64,000 nucleotides of DNA from Centroscyllium fabricii (lineage: Eukaryota): assembly GCA_051313645.2 (NCBI GenBank), contig JBNRSN020000034.1, forward strand, positions 24,180,001 through 24,244,000. Reading direction: 5' to 3'. Positions 35,851-49,849 of this stretch are shown here, piece by piece (positions within the stretch are counted from its first letter, which is position 1; each line of letters opens with the position of its first letter). Below the pieces are notes generated by a model that worked only from the letters and a program-made list of their open reading frames with translations, had not been told where the DNA came from and did no database searches. Position numbers and translations under genes: made by a program.

Positions 35851-38746
35851 ATGCTGTCAAGGAATAACATCACCAAGATGTTCAAGTCTCACAGTGGTCC
35901 TTTTAATGTGACAGCCATCAATACTAAAGTACAGCTTTTCTAAATCAAACCATTTACCATCAGAGAAAATATTGCAGTATTTTACATGACATGATTTAAA
36001 TTTATTGAAGCATAATAAATAGGATTGCTAGGAAATATACAACTGACAAGTGTTTCATACCTAAATGTCAACCCCCAAAAAATTACAAAACAGAATAAAA
36101 TTAATTACTTTGATAATATGCATTTTCCTTTCACTCTATTCATTCCCTTTGGGGTGTTTTTGCATGTTAAAGGTCTGTATTAATGTTTGTTCTGGTGGCT
36201 AACTCAGTGTTTACCAATAATCTCAGTTCATACCTAAAAATCTGACTTTTCTGAATTTCAGTCAAAATTATGAAAGTGTGATGGTAATTTAAAAAAAATG
36301 ACGAGACATTTAATTCCACAACTTCCCCAGACCTCAACATGCTCCTCACACTTCATCTGTATTAATATTGTAACTATTGTTTCTTAACAGTTTGGATAAC
36401 AAGTATTTTTTTTGTTGCTTGTGACTCCAGATTTACTGCTGGGAAAAAAGTTGTGTTTTGTTAGAGTCGAATTGAGAAACTCACGCCATCATTTCTTGGG
36501 AGAAAAAAAGTAAGAATCGCGCCTAGTTCTGGCCCTGGAGACGGTGCTGCACAGTATACATTCACATCTGTGTCAGCCCTTCCCACCGCCATCTCAGTAC
36601 TTCTGATATGGGGATTTTACAGAGCAAGGCAGCACTTCATTAGTAAGGGTAGGCGGTATCTATTTTGTAAAAGATGGATGATTTTTTGTCGGCTGTTTGG
36701 TGTAGGTACGATTATCAATAGTTCCAAAAACTTGGCCAATAACATTGCGTCTTTAAGGTGGGTATTTACTCATCTGCCTTGGCTGCCAATCAAAACACTC
36801 CAAAACACTCCACCCACTGACCACTACACAAGGGGTGTGCAACACTTCAATGTAGAAAAAAAACTCTCTGCCGTTTCTTATATGATTGTTGCAGCATAAA
36901 CAAGTCAAAGTGAAGGATGGCACACAGTAGGCTCCAGGCCTCTATTAATAAAGGTAGGGAGAGGCTCGGCTGCAAAGGTGCAAACTAGAGAGAATTCTCT
37001 AAGTAGAAGCAAACAAAGTGTAAATATCTTCCATAAACCGTTATGTCAGGTTAACCAGTATGGCTATCAAATTATGAATAATATAGGCACAATAGGTGAA
37101 CCCACTGTAACTCTGCATAATGATTGTATAATTCCTGGTCTTTACACTTACAATTACCCTGTGACGCACTATATGCAGCCTCGTATATTTTCGATATTAC
37201 TTACACCACTACAAATAATGGACCAGAATGGAAATCCAATATAGAATGCTCATTACACGGCTCGCTAATTTCATGTTAATTTCCACATTTGCAAAAATTT
37301 CCCTTGACAAAGTATGCTGTGACACGTCTCACAGTTGCCCATATAGAACACGTCGTGTGTGTGCGTGTGTTTAATTTTGTTTTCCAATACAGGGCTGAAT
37401 ACAATTTAATGTAATATTGTAATAAAACAAAAAAAATGCACAATCGAGAAAGGATAAGGAAGGTAGGTGTCTTTGTGAAATCTAGTCCTCGCAGTGTTGA
37501 GGGGGGTGGGGGGACGTGTTATATAGACTGTGGGCCGAAGACAAAGCTGAGCTGAGCTGAGGAGAAATGGGGCGGCAGATTTGGAGAGATACTCGCCGAC
37601 AGATGGTGAGCTGAGTTCAGTATGCCACCCCAACTGCTCCCATGTGTTTATTGTTGTTTCCGCTAGCTCTGTTTTCGTGTGAAAGCTTAACCCCGTTCCC
37701 TTGTAGACATACAAGAGAAACCGACAACAGAGGATCAAGAAAAATCAGGAGAATAGCGAACTAACCAACGTTCCTTGTGTGTGTTTTAGATATATATATA
37801 TATAATGAATAAATTGTAAAAGCAATATATTAATAAATGATTTAACAAAAATGTATTAAATCTAGCGGTGGGAATAAAAACCCTTGAAAGCAGTGTTTGA
37901 TCGGAGTGCTATCTGGGATTTTTTTTTAAACTTCATTCATTTTTAATGCGTACAGATAATTATTCCTCTATTGCACATACCGTCAGAGCATGCGATCAGG
38001 CATTTAGAATAATACTCCGTCTGACTAGATTTATGTAGGATGTAAGGTACAACCCGCGGAGATGTTTTAAATTGATACTGTGTGTATGTGTGTGTTCGAA
38101 ACAGCTAAAATTAAAAAATAAACATTAATATATGGGCGCATCAGAAGTTTGATGGGTTCAGATAATCAGAATCTCAAAGGTCAAACACAGCCGCAGGATG
38201 GATCGAGGACTGCCACCTTCTTTAAAATAAAAAGAGAGGCTCTCACTGAAACCACCGCGCTTTTATCGGAACCTTCCCCATTCCTCCCGGTGTGGAGAAA
38301 TCCCAGTCTGCCACACCAAGGGATGTCCTCCAAACAATATATATTATCAGCCGCAGGCTACCTCGTTTTTTGGGGTGTTTAGTTTTAAAATAAATTGACT
38401 GCGTTTAGTCTAGAGGGAAGTTAATTGCAAGAACGACAGGCTATTTTGAGAGCGGTGTGGCCAGACCATTCAAAAGTTAACTCGCGTTAATCTGACATTC
38501 TCGCAAGGTTATACCAGATCCAGAGATATATTTTTATATCCACACACATATAAACGGACGCCGAGAAGATGTATAGTTGCGTTTAACTGATGTTGGCCTT
38601 GTGATTAATGATGTATTGATTATTTTAACAAAGGTATCATATATGTTTAAAAGTTCTGTGTTGTTAAAAATGCGGGTCTGTTTGAATGTGGATCAACACT
38701 TCTGGCTGAAATTGGGAAATTCGCTTTCTCTGACTCCAGATGCGTC

Positions 38747-38779
<33 letters not shown>

Positions 38780-40183
38780 TTGGCCTGGCCTGACAGACCT
38801 CAATAGCAGGAAATCGTGTTCAGAAAGAATATCAAAAGAACTGCGGAGATATTTTCCTAACAAGAGTTGTCTGTTGATGTTATGGTTTGTTTTGGGCAGG
38901 AAGCAGGTACATTAAGAACCAAACGTGGCGGGGAAGCGAGGATGAACATTTCACACAAAAAAATGTTTATGCGTTACAAAATAAATCTTTTTTTCCTCTC
39001 TGTAAAATTATGTCGGTTTGCAGCCGCCTTGAAATTGACCAAAGACACTTCAGGACATTGGGGAGGGGACAAATGCTGAAATGTAGATGTGGAAACAGTC
39101 AGTTCCAGCGATGGGCTTGTGGTGCAGTCTCTGTGTGTGAGACACACTTGATAGACCTGAGTCTTAAACCGTGAGAACATACAAGACCAGCATTATTCTA
39201 TTATTAATAAATATATAAACATTGAAATTAAATTTAATTTAACTCTTAAAGGAATATTTGTCTTCCATCTAACGGACAACATGCTGTTTGTTGGCTAACG
39301 TGAATCTAAACTTCGGTGAGTGAATATTTATTTACATATAGTTGTTGCTCGGGTAAAGCTGGGTGGAATGGTGAGTTATAACAAACCCTAGTATTTAGTG
39401 CTGCAGGCGGGTTGTTTACGATGACCAGAGAGAGCCAGCTAACCTGGCAGACTGAAAACAGTCACGTAAATAAATATGGCCAGAGCCTTGTGTTTAAATG
39501 AAGAACCTACAGTGTGTTGGGAGAGTCGCCCGCTTCACGCACCCCTTTAAAACACGTTGCACATTAATAAAAGTGAAAATCAGGGGCTCCATCTCACTAA
39601 ATACAAAAACAAACTCTTTACAACTTCCCCCAAAGACCCCTGAAATATTTCCATATTAAACCTTCTCCATTTCGGGATCTACACTGAAGAGAAATTCTAG
39701 CAACTCGCGCCATATACAAACTAGAAATTGTTACGACGCTTTTTTCGCGCCCTCTTCATCTTCTTTCTCTCTTCATTTCCAATTCAGTGGAACCCCCCCC
39801 CCCCTCCTCCTGTCCCAGTTTATGTGTAGGGTCCAGTAAAACTTTTTGTTCCCATTTTTTTCGCGTCAGACAGCTCAAACAGCTTTTCAGTGTCCAACTT
39901 CCCCAAAACCACTTTAATTACTCCCCCAAAACGCATCAATTTCTGCCGATACAGTTTCCTTCCCTTTGACTGTTTCAGGGTAATTCTATCGGTAACTTAA
40001 TTAGCATTAAACCCTCCCCGCATTCTTCATACTGGAGTGGGGAGAACCCCGAGATCTCCAGGACCTGTAGCTTAATCTGAAGCCTCCGGGCACGATTACA
40101 ATCTGCTCGTGTTTATTTTTTTGACAAGTTATGAAAGTTTTTCTTTTTAATTCCTTACAATGATGTATTAAAAATCCCCTTAC

Positions 40184-40239
40184 CTGTTTGGTCATAGAGT
40201 CGATAAGCCGAACGTACAAGTCCTGCTCCGTCCTTATCC
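40184..40239 (-). CDS. EBF1: EBF1 coding exon 4 (56 nt), (G)IRTEQDLYVRLIDSMTKQ
   Basis: CAG acceptor at 40242-40240, CAG|GTAAG donor, conserved COE peptide. Confidence 0.95.
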
Positions 40240-40343
40240 CTGAGTATTAAAACACATTGGCCACTCTCAGTTTCAATCTCAAGGCGTTATTACTGGCATT
40301 TAAAAGTCTGCGAGCAACACCCTTATTTTATTTTGTATCTCCC

Positions 40344-40494
40344 CATCCCCGTAATCAGGGGTTCAAACACTGGAATCCCCGTAATCAGGGGTTCAAACAC
40401 TGGAATCCCCGTAATCAGGGGTTCAAACACTGGAATCCCCGTAATCAGGGGTTCAAACACTGGAATCCCCGTAATCAGGGGTTCAAACACTGGA
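40344..40494. repeat. Perfect 30-bp tandem repeat x5 in EBF1 intron 3
   Basis: Unit ATCCCCGTAATCAGGGGTTCAAACACTGGA with no mismatches between copies. Confidence 0.95.
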
Positions 40495-41038
40495 CTCAAA
40501 CCGAATCAGCAGGAATACAACCAGAACTCAATCTGGATGGAACTGTGTTGGATTGAGAAACAGGAGCTGGCGACGCCTGATCAGGGGGTTCGGGGGGGGG
40601 GGGGGGGGGGGGCGCCTAGTGCAAGGCGAGTAACAGGGGCTTGGATGGGATGAACAGTGTAAACATTTTACTGATGCGGACCGGGTTTCTGACACGCTGC
40701 AAACCCTCCAACTCAAGTCAAATAATTTAAAAAACGCCGGCTACTTTGGAAATGCTAAACATAGTCTGGCGACAGATGTGCGGGGCAGTGGATAGATATG
40801 TGTAGAGTGAGTGAGTGTGTGTGTGAGGACAAAGTGTGGGTTTAAAACAGTATGAAGTTCACAGGCGGTAAGAAATTACATTTTCAGTTAATGGGACAAA
40901 AAAGGAACGGGACAGTAATATGCGAGCTCCCGGGGGCAGAGTTGAAGGATCGCTGGTGCCGGCACAGCGCGGACCCGCAACCACTGGCCGAGAGCTGGAA
41001 GTTCCCACAACTGTCAAAGGCGATAACAGGCCACTTAC

Positions 41039-41102
41039 CATTGCTGTAGAGCAGCTGTAATCTGTAATGAATCCCGTTATTGGTCTTTTCTGCATTTATT
41101 TC
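41039..41102 (-). CDS. EBF1: EBF1 coding exon 3 (64 nt), EINAEKTNNGIHYRLQLLYSN(G)
   Basis: TTTCAG acceptor, G|GTAAGT donor, conserved COE peptide, frame continuous. Confidence 0.95.
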
Positions 41103-41572
41103 CTGAAACAATTTTGAAAAAGGATGCGTCTTTAAAAAAAAACTTTGCCAAATAAAGTGAAACACCAGTTAAGATTTCTTTAAAAAAAGTTGTCGTGTTT
41201 GAAGACGCGAGATTGGGTCTCCAGACCATCTTAAGGATGTTTGCGGCCAGTAACCCACTCGCCCAAAGCCTGAGTTTGCTCTTTATTTAAATCTGAAAAA
41301 CTTGGCAAAAAATGACAATGCCATTATTTTGCTATTTTAATCTGAGGGGGACCGAGCTAAACACGCCGCTTTAACTCGAGCTGGGCAGTTTACTTCTTTC
41401 ATTATAGAAAATGTTGCCGATACATTGAAAAAGTCGCAGTTGTTGTATAAATGGCAGTGTTACTCTGATCTTGGTAGCGATAACTGAGAGTCAGCAGACC
41501 AGACAGGGTTTCGGGAGCTCCTGGCCACACTCCGCTTCTCCCTCCCAATAAACTTGCCCCGTTGTTTCTTCA

Positions 41573-41827
<255 letters not shown>

Positions 41828-42408
41828 TCAAAAGTTGCCTTTTCCAAGACTATAGATTTCTAACATTTACAATTTTAAAAACTTCTCATTTAAATTGGAT
41901 TTTGAATAAACTGAAGATCCCAAATAATGTAATCCATTGGAATATTCCTACTTGATTTGCGATGTTGTGTCAGCCGCGGTGAGATGGTTAACGCGACCCA
42001 GGGAAGTTCTGGGCTGTTTGGAGCAGCTTAGCTTTCATTGCAAATTGCATTATTTTAAGTTTGGTGGGCTAAACTATTTTTAAAAACGCTTTTTTAAAGT
42101 TAGCGTCACATTATTGCTGCATAACGGAAATAGGTTAATGTAGAAAAAACATCAGCCTTTACAATGACCGTCAGAATATCTCAAATTGTATAATTTCACC
42201 CAAAATGCAAAAAGACCCAAAATAAGCGAGAGACGGGGAATGATCAGAAAGGAGACATGAAACGGAATGTTTCAAAGATGTCAGATGAAATATACTGACT
42301 ACAGCTGCCTTGTTTGACTTGCAAATTGATTCTCGCCAGATCTACGATATTTTATAAATACGTCTAATATTATGTGTGTGTTAAAATTAAGATGAATTCA
42401 TTGCCTAC

Positions 42409-42542
42409 CTTTGAGCGGCGGTATTTGCATCCATGATCCCGGCTCCCTGCATCCAGGAGCGGACAGCATTGATCCCGCTTCCGATCGGTTCTTCCTTCAT
42501 GCTGCCCCCGCTTCGTTGAATATTTTCCTGAATCCCAAACAT
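42409..42542 (-). CDS. EBF1: EBF1 coding exon 1 (134 nt), [44 protein letters not shown](S)
   Basis: ATG at 42542-42540; donor AG|GTAGG at 42409/42408. The peptide matches the EBF1 N-terminus (QRSG, NAVR, WMQGAG) better than EBF3 (PRGG, NPVR, WMHTAG). Confidence 0.95.
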
Positions 42543-43560
42543 GGAAACAAGCTTCTTTTCTCTCTCCCCTCTCCTTTCTGTCGTCCAAAGCCACCAGAAC
42601 GGTTTAAGATGTTGACACGCACTGTTCACTCAAGTCAAGTATCCTCCCCCCAAAAAGTGCAAAAAATCAAGCGAGTGCTAATATCTAAGTGTGGTCCGTC
42701 GGCCACACCGGGTCACAGCTGGTGGGTGGTGGGGGGTGGAGGAGAGAGAGAGAAAAGGGGGAGAAAGGGGAGAAAGGGAGAAAGAGAGAGAGAGAGACAC
42801 GCACTGGAGGTTCGTGATCCGTATAAGTAAAATATTCCCAAAAAAGGGGGTCAAAAAGGGGAGGAGGAAGCAGGTGAGGTTTGAGAGACGCACACAAGAT
42901 CAAGTCGAGCTACCGGGTTTTGGAACACCAAGTGTCATCGTCCAATTAGAAACACGAAGTTTATTTCTCTCTCTCTCTCTCTGTATGTGTGTATTCACAA
43001 ACGGCCGTGTCTGCCAGTCCCGGCGAATGAATGAGAAAAGCTGGGCGGCGAGGTTTTCCCTTGTGAATGATGCCGGGTTTTTTTGGAAGGGGAGGGGGGT
43101 GGTGTTGTGGGTGGGAGTGATGCTTGTTCTCTGATCTCTCGGGGTGGGGAGACAGGGGGGCGGGCGGATGGGAGAGGGTGGGAGTCAGTGATGGGGGCGG
43201 ATTGCCCCTGTAGGAATTCACGTTTACCTCTCTCTCTCTCTCTGTGTGTGTCTCTCTCTCGCAGCCACGCTCTCTGAGCGACCCCACCAATCCCTATCTC
43301 TTCCCGGGGGCAACACAATCATGCAGGCCCCCCGAATGGGTCGTAGCTGGTGGGGGGGGGGGGGGGGGAGGAGAGAGATTGAACGATGACTACCAAATTT
43401 GGCAAAGCCCGCCTTCTCCCTCAGCCAATGGCTGCGCTGTCTCTGTATGATTGACAAGAAAGCCTGACAATAGAGTAAAGCTTGTTTTGTTCTTGTTTTC
43501 ATATTTGACATAACAAAGCGGCAAAGGTACAAGGAATTCACTCTTTCAAAATACAATCTG
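42543..43560 (-). promoter_or_regulatory. EBF1 5' UTR and proximal promoter region
   Basis: Directly upstream of the ATG and CpG-retaining. Contains GC boxes (GGGGCGG near 43158 and 43194), GA/CT tracts, CCAAT at 43425-43429, TGATTGACAA at 43448-43457 and a Sox-type AACAAAG near 43512. The TSS cannot be determined from sequence. Confidence 0.6.
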
Positions 43561-44051
43561 TCCCATTGGAATATTTGTTTAAATTTAATACATTGATGAA
43601 ATATTTATTTTCTGAGCATTACATGCTGTGGCTGTCCTCCGTGGGTAATTTCTGGGAAGAAAATCCCACGAGGTTCCTTGGGTCCATTTGACTGTACTGA
43701 TATCACAGAAGGCAAGATCTCTCTCCAAACAGTTCAGCAACTTACCTGCAGTTGCATCGCCCGATCTGCAAACGCCTCTGAGATTGGCCACACTGAGTTC
43801 AGGAAATTCTCAGACCCTATGTTTTAGGGATGGCGAAATTCTACATTGACACAAAGTGCGGGGGGTGTTTATTTATTTCTACATTTAGAAACTTCTTCGG
43901 AGAAATATTAGTAAATATAAGTATATAAAGACAGATGAAAATCATGTATAATATCAGGGATGCTGTGGATCAGACAGCATTTATTTCAGGGCCTTTGCCA
44001 GCTGGGTTACGGGCTGTATTCAGTGGACGAATCAGTTACTCCTTGCAACGC

Positions 44052-45262
44052 GCACACACACAACACACACACAGCACACAGATACACACCACACAACAAA
44101 CAACACACACACAAAACACACACATATACGCACACAACACACTCACACACACATATACGCACACAACACACNNNNNNNNNNNNNNNNNNNNNNNNNNNNN
44201 NNNNNNNNNNNNNNNNNNNNNNNNNNNNNNNNNNNNNNNNNNNNNNNNNNNNNNNNNNNNNNNNNNNNNNNNNNNNNNNNNNNNNNNNNNNNNNNNNNNN
44301 NNNNNNNNNNNNNNNNNNNNNNNNNNTAGATACACACATACACACAACACAGATACACACACAACACACAGATACACACATTACACACACACCACACACA
44401 TCACGCATATACACACACAACACACGTATACACACAAAACACACAAACACACAGATACACACACACACATATACACACATACACACACACACATATATAC
44501 ACACACAACACAAAGGCACACACACAACACAATCACAGACAACACACACACTTTCACACACTCACACACTCACTCACACTCTCACACAGTCACACACAGC
44601 ACACACACAGATACACACACAGATAGATACACACATACACACAGGTACACATACAGATACATACACACGCAGCACACAGATCACAGATACACACATACAC
44701 ACAACACAGANNNNNNNNNNNNNNNNNNNNNNNNNNNNNNNNNNNNNNNNNNNNNNNNNNNNNNNNNNNNNNNNNNNNNNNNNNNNNNNNNNNNNNNNNN
44801 NNNNNNNNNNNNNNNNNNNNNNNNNNNNNNNNNNNNNNNNNNNNNNNNNNNNNNNNNNNNNNNNNNNNNNNNNNNNNNNNNNNNNNNNNNNNNNNNNNNN
44901 NNNNNNNNNNNNNNNNNNNNNNNNNNNNNNNNNNNNNNNNNNNNNNNNNNNNNNNNNNNNNNNNNNNNNNNNNNNNNNNNNNNNNNNNNNNNNNNNNNNN
45001 NNNNNNNNNNNNNNNNNNNNNNNNNNNNNNNNNNNNNNNNNNNNNNNNNNNNNNNNNNNNNNNAGATGCACACTCAACACACAGTTACACACATACACAC
45101 ACACAACACACAGACACACACACACACACACAAACACACACACCACACACAACACACAGATACACACAACACAGATGCACACTCAACACACAGATACACA
45201 TAACACACATGTACACACAACACACAGGCTAACATGTAAACACACACACGTACAAATACACA
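44052..45262. repeat. Degenerate (CA)n low-complexity array with two N gaps (44172-44326, 44711-45063)
   Basis: CA/ACAC-dominated sequence; source of the His/Thr- and Cys/Val-rich ORFs. Confidence 0.95.
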
Positions 45263-48200
45263 TAGTTACGGCTACAATGCAGAATGATGCTCAGAATCCC
45301 ACCATAACAACTGTCGTTTGAGTAAGGTATGATTTTTGAAAACAAAATAGTATGACATATGAATGATAATCTTACAACCACGAGGGTGTGATTTTTTTCT
45401 TATGTAAATCACAGCACGCTGCACTGTCAGCTTTAGGTTAATACAGGTTTGACTTGTAAAATACCCCTTTATACATGGATAATGGCTTAAGATTTAAAGC
45501 GTCTCTCCTTACTCTTCCATTCAGTCTAACCGTAAATACAACAGGTAGCAACATTCAGCATTGTCCCACATCCCTCACTTTACCTGGATGTAAGACACCG
45601 CAATCCAAAGCTTGAAACTAACACAAGCCCTGAACAACGCCCGAAACCGACATCTCTTCCCCCGATCCTGGTCGGCCAACGCTCAGGACTGTGTCAGTTC
45701 AGCCCAGGTGTCGAGTTTCTCCTGTTTGCAGCCTGCGTTAAACCCTTGCAACAGCTCGTCCTCGCTGCTTCAGAGCAAAACACACGCCGAAATAACACTA
45801 CTTCACAATGAAATTAATTCCAGAGATCCCCTTTATCTGTTTTTTTTGGTGCAAATCCTACACATCACTCACACCCTGATTTCAGGGGAAATCGATATTT
45901 TAATACAAGAACTCAAAGTCCAGATGTGAATTATGTACTTAAAAAAGTCAACCTGCAGGTAAAATACAAACACAGCAGTCAGCGATGCTCCCAATACTGA
46001 AGTATCGAATGGAAATAGTTCTATGCTCTTGACTCGGGGCTATGTGCTTTGAGGTGTAGAAGATAGATGCCAATTACATAGATTGTATTGGTACAAAATA
46101 AACTTAACAGCTTCCTTTTAAAAGGCTAAACGTGTACGTGGGGACCAGGTAGATAGAGATATTTGGGGGCGGACGTGTAAAGCGGTATACGGTAACACTT
46201 TAAACAGCTAACTCTTCCTGGGAGAGGGCATGTTCCGGGCATTACTGCGACGGGTTCGGGAGAGTGTTGGCGAGGAAGACGAGGCGCTTTAAACGCCTTA
46301 TGGGCTTAAACAGAGAAAGAGGTCTTGGCGCGTCAGAAAGCAGCGATATTAGTGCAGGGCACGGCTGTCTTGTTCCCGAATAATCGATCACAAATTGGAA
46401 TGGGAAAATTTAGTAACAAGGGAAACAAGTGAGTATCAGTTTCAGCCAATATTTCTGCAGGAACCCTAAAATATTCCAGTGTGCACGTACCGCATCAAAT
46501 AACGGGGCACAATTGTGTTAAATTAAATTGAATGAATCTAAACCTTTGGCAGTAAACCTGGTGCCGGCTTAATAATAAGGGTGGCCAGGTATTGATCACT
46601 TACAGAATGCCAAACAAGCTACAATCACAGTCCCGTTAAAGCAGGGAATAGACCGCGGGAGAGTGATAACGCGGCATGTTTACTCCGGGTATTTATTTAT
46701 TATGATTACAGATTTCTTGTTACAATCGATTGCAGCCAGTGCGAGAGTTACAGATCCTTCTCGTTAGAGACATTTTACTGAAGGAGACCGAAAGGGTTTG
46801 CTTCTGTTTATTGAAGTTCTTCTCTCTGCTGCGAGACATGACAGCGATCTTTCAAATAGAGAAAAGTTTTTAAAACTAGAACGCACGTGAGTGGATACAA
46901 TAAAATATTTACTTGCTTTCTATAGTTTGCTTCGAAAAGTAACAATTTGCCCCAATTATACCAATTCTTTAAACCACAGCTGGCTGTTGAGTCATATTGG
47001 GAAAAAGTTAATGATTTCAACCCATCGATTAGGTAAAAGCGTGTTCTGTTGTGTATTAAATCGCCGCCACGGAAGGGCGTGAACGTTTTCATGAAGTGTG
47101 TGGGGAGGACAGGACCTTCTCCAGAATCTCACATACATTCTACATTATCACTGAATTGGCGACCGTTTCTCCAGCTTCCAGTGACTGGGACTTCCTCCAG
47201 AGTGTCGAATTATTCCAGGGTACCCCCATGACCTTAAAAACATTACAATGGCATTTAAAAATATTATTTTGCATTGCCGTCTGCACAGTGGCAAAATCAA
47301 ACGGTTTGGCTGGATCTTTAATAAAATAATGCACCTTTTTGTGGGTTGATTAAAGATATATGAGACTATAAATCGCGGCGTTGTTTGTTCTTGTGTGCGC
47401 ATTGTAAATACTGTCTCTCTACTCGATTTTACTCCAGTGGTCAACGGAGGGGAAAGAAATCCCAACTGGCAAAAACTGTCCCAGGAGCGGGGTTACCAAA
47501 CCGTCCCACAACCAAACCGTCCCACAACCAAACGTCAACTTTAAACATCGGGGGTGGGGCGCTTGCTACTTCAGAAAGGATGAGGGTCGGAGGAATTGCC
47601 CAGTTAGGTCGCATTTATTCCCAGAGTGTTTGGGTTTAATTCTCTGTTATTTGTGCTGCCTTGCGAATTCAATGTTTGGCGTCAGATGCCGGGTCATCTC
47701 GCACTGGGTCCAGCCTCACCCTATAACCCGAGACTGGTTTTCCCACCCGTGCTGCCTCGCCGTGCACGACTGCGGGAGCAGAGACTGGCGCTTGGGCTGT
47801 TCAGTCTCTTTATTTTCATTTTATTTGATTCACATTGATGCACATTTCTTTATGTATGTGTATGCGTGCGCCGGCCATGACTAGTTGAGTCTTACTATAG
47901 AATTCTTGAGGTATAAAATATTATAACGACCAAAATCTTTAGTATCTTTACCTTCGACAAACTGTGTTCACTTATCAAATGCTATATTTCAAAATATGTG
48001 TTTAACAGACCCAATACCGTTTAAGAGCACGAACATGGGAACACATACACCAACTATCGTGCACTTTAGATAGAACGTGTGCTTGCAATGAAAGTACAAC
48101 GTTCTGCAAGACATTAATATATTGGGAACAGGAATGTGTTGTTTTGGGGAGGGAGGGACAGCTTAAAAGAGGTAGGAGAGGGTGCTTTGGAGGAAGGGGA

Positions 48201-49849
48201 GAGGGAGAAAGAGGCGGGAAAAGGAAGGGAGTGAGGGAAATTAAAAACGATAGAGAGATAAAATGAAGACGAGCTGGGAGCAGGCTGGGGAGGACTGGCT
48301 CAAACTGGAGTGGGCAAAGAGGAGAGCATTCGGTGCACAAGCGCGCCATCGAGCGGCGAGCTGCGCGACCACAGCGGGCTCGCTGACACAAACACCCCCC
48401 ACCCCCCAAAAAAAAGTCAGTCCAGCACTTTGGGCTATCTTCTTCCCGATCACGCAGTAATTATCGGGATGTGATCAGATGAAAGTGTCCCATGAAAGAG
48501 GAAATGTTTGATAAGAATCAAATCTGCAGTAAATAACGTCGTTTTGGCGACAGTGTTGATTGTACACATTGTGTAAAGGCTCCTTTTGAAGTTTATTCAA
48601 AAGCCTACAATCAGGACATTAATGCCAGATATCGTGGAAGCAATTTCACAGAATCCAACGCTTACAAAATCTAATGGAATGCATCGCAAATTAATTTCGT
48701 GTGTTTTAGATCCGGTTTAAAAAAAAAATTTCAGCAAAACAGACACGAAGGAAAGGGCAGTGGAGGTATTTTAAGGGAATAGCGGGACAGGACGCTGCGA
48801 GATAACGGGAGGAGGTTCGTGTGGAGTCTAAACACCGGCAGAGACCAGTTGTTTCTGTGCTGGAGAATTTATGTAATACTCCCTTTGATTTCTCCTTTAA
48901 AACCTTATTCAGAAAAACGTTAAAGCCCACAAGCCAACTGAGAGATTAATGTAAGGAGGTTCTAGGGGCAGGTACCTTTACTCTTGGAACGATAACAATG
49001 AATTCAATCTCTAGTCAGATACTGCATTAGCATTAACATTCGAATTTACCGAGGGATGACTATACACATAGAAAAATGCGCACATATATACACACACAGA
49101 TATACATACTGTGTATAAACATTTATAAGCGCCTGTGCATATATACTAATACCTAAATCAAAACTACGACCTCTAGGAAGAGGAAAATAAGATAGATTTT
49201 GAGTGCAGATTCTTGGTTAGAACTGGGAAGTGGCAGATACATTAGCCCCCTTTGTGTTAGCTTTGGGGAATGAGGGGCAGATTAAGAGGTAGAGGAGGTG
49301 ATGTGGAGAGAGGGAGAAAGAGGGTGAGGGGGAGAGGGGGATGCTAATACAGAGAGAAAGACAAATCAAGGCGAGTTGGGAGAAGGGGTGAGGAGGAGAG
49401 CGCTCGAACCTGAGTGAGGGAAAGAGCAAAGTGGCTCAGATTGGAGACCATTCTAGAGAAAATAAGAGAACTTTGAATGCAGATCCTCGGTTAGCACTGG
49501 TAAGTGACAGATAAGTGAAGCCCTTTTGTGTTATTTTTTGGGACTGAGGGACAGATTAAAAGAGAGGTCTGATCAAAAAGGAAGGGAGAGCAGAAGAAGT
49601 AAGAGTGAAGAGGCAAGCTCGTGGCTCCGATCACCCGAAGCAGTTACTGGGTTTAATAACCTAAATAGTTTATTTTTAAACTGCAAAGGGATTGAAAAGC
49701 ACTGCATGATATAATAACGTTATCTCAAGTCAGGTGGTGAAATGGCATAAAAAAATTAAAGGATGGAAACAGTTCTAGAACGCAAGAGAATAGAGTGGAA
49801 AATCGACAGGAGAAATAGCCAAGAAAATAGGGGCAATAAGCGATGGTCT

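Noticed and set aside
40592-40612. Long G homopolymers (also ~43352, ~50832, ~52364) as G-quadruplex elements
   Set aside because: Common, error-prone homopolymers with no supporting context.
42543-42629. In-frame GTG-initiated N-terminal extension of EBF1
   Set aside because: The extension has no similarity to known EBF proteins, and a short open frame in a purine-rich UTR is expected by chance.
43935-45321. Long His/Thr-rich and Cys/Val-rich ORFs (422 and 453 aa and others)
   Set aside because: Artefacts of the CA low-complexity array and N gaps.
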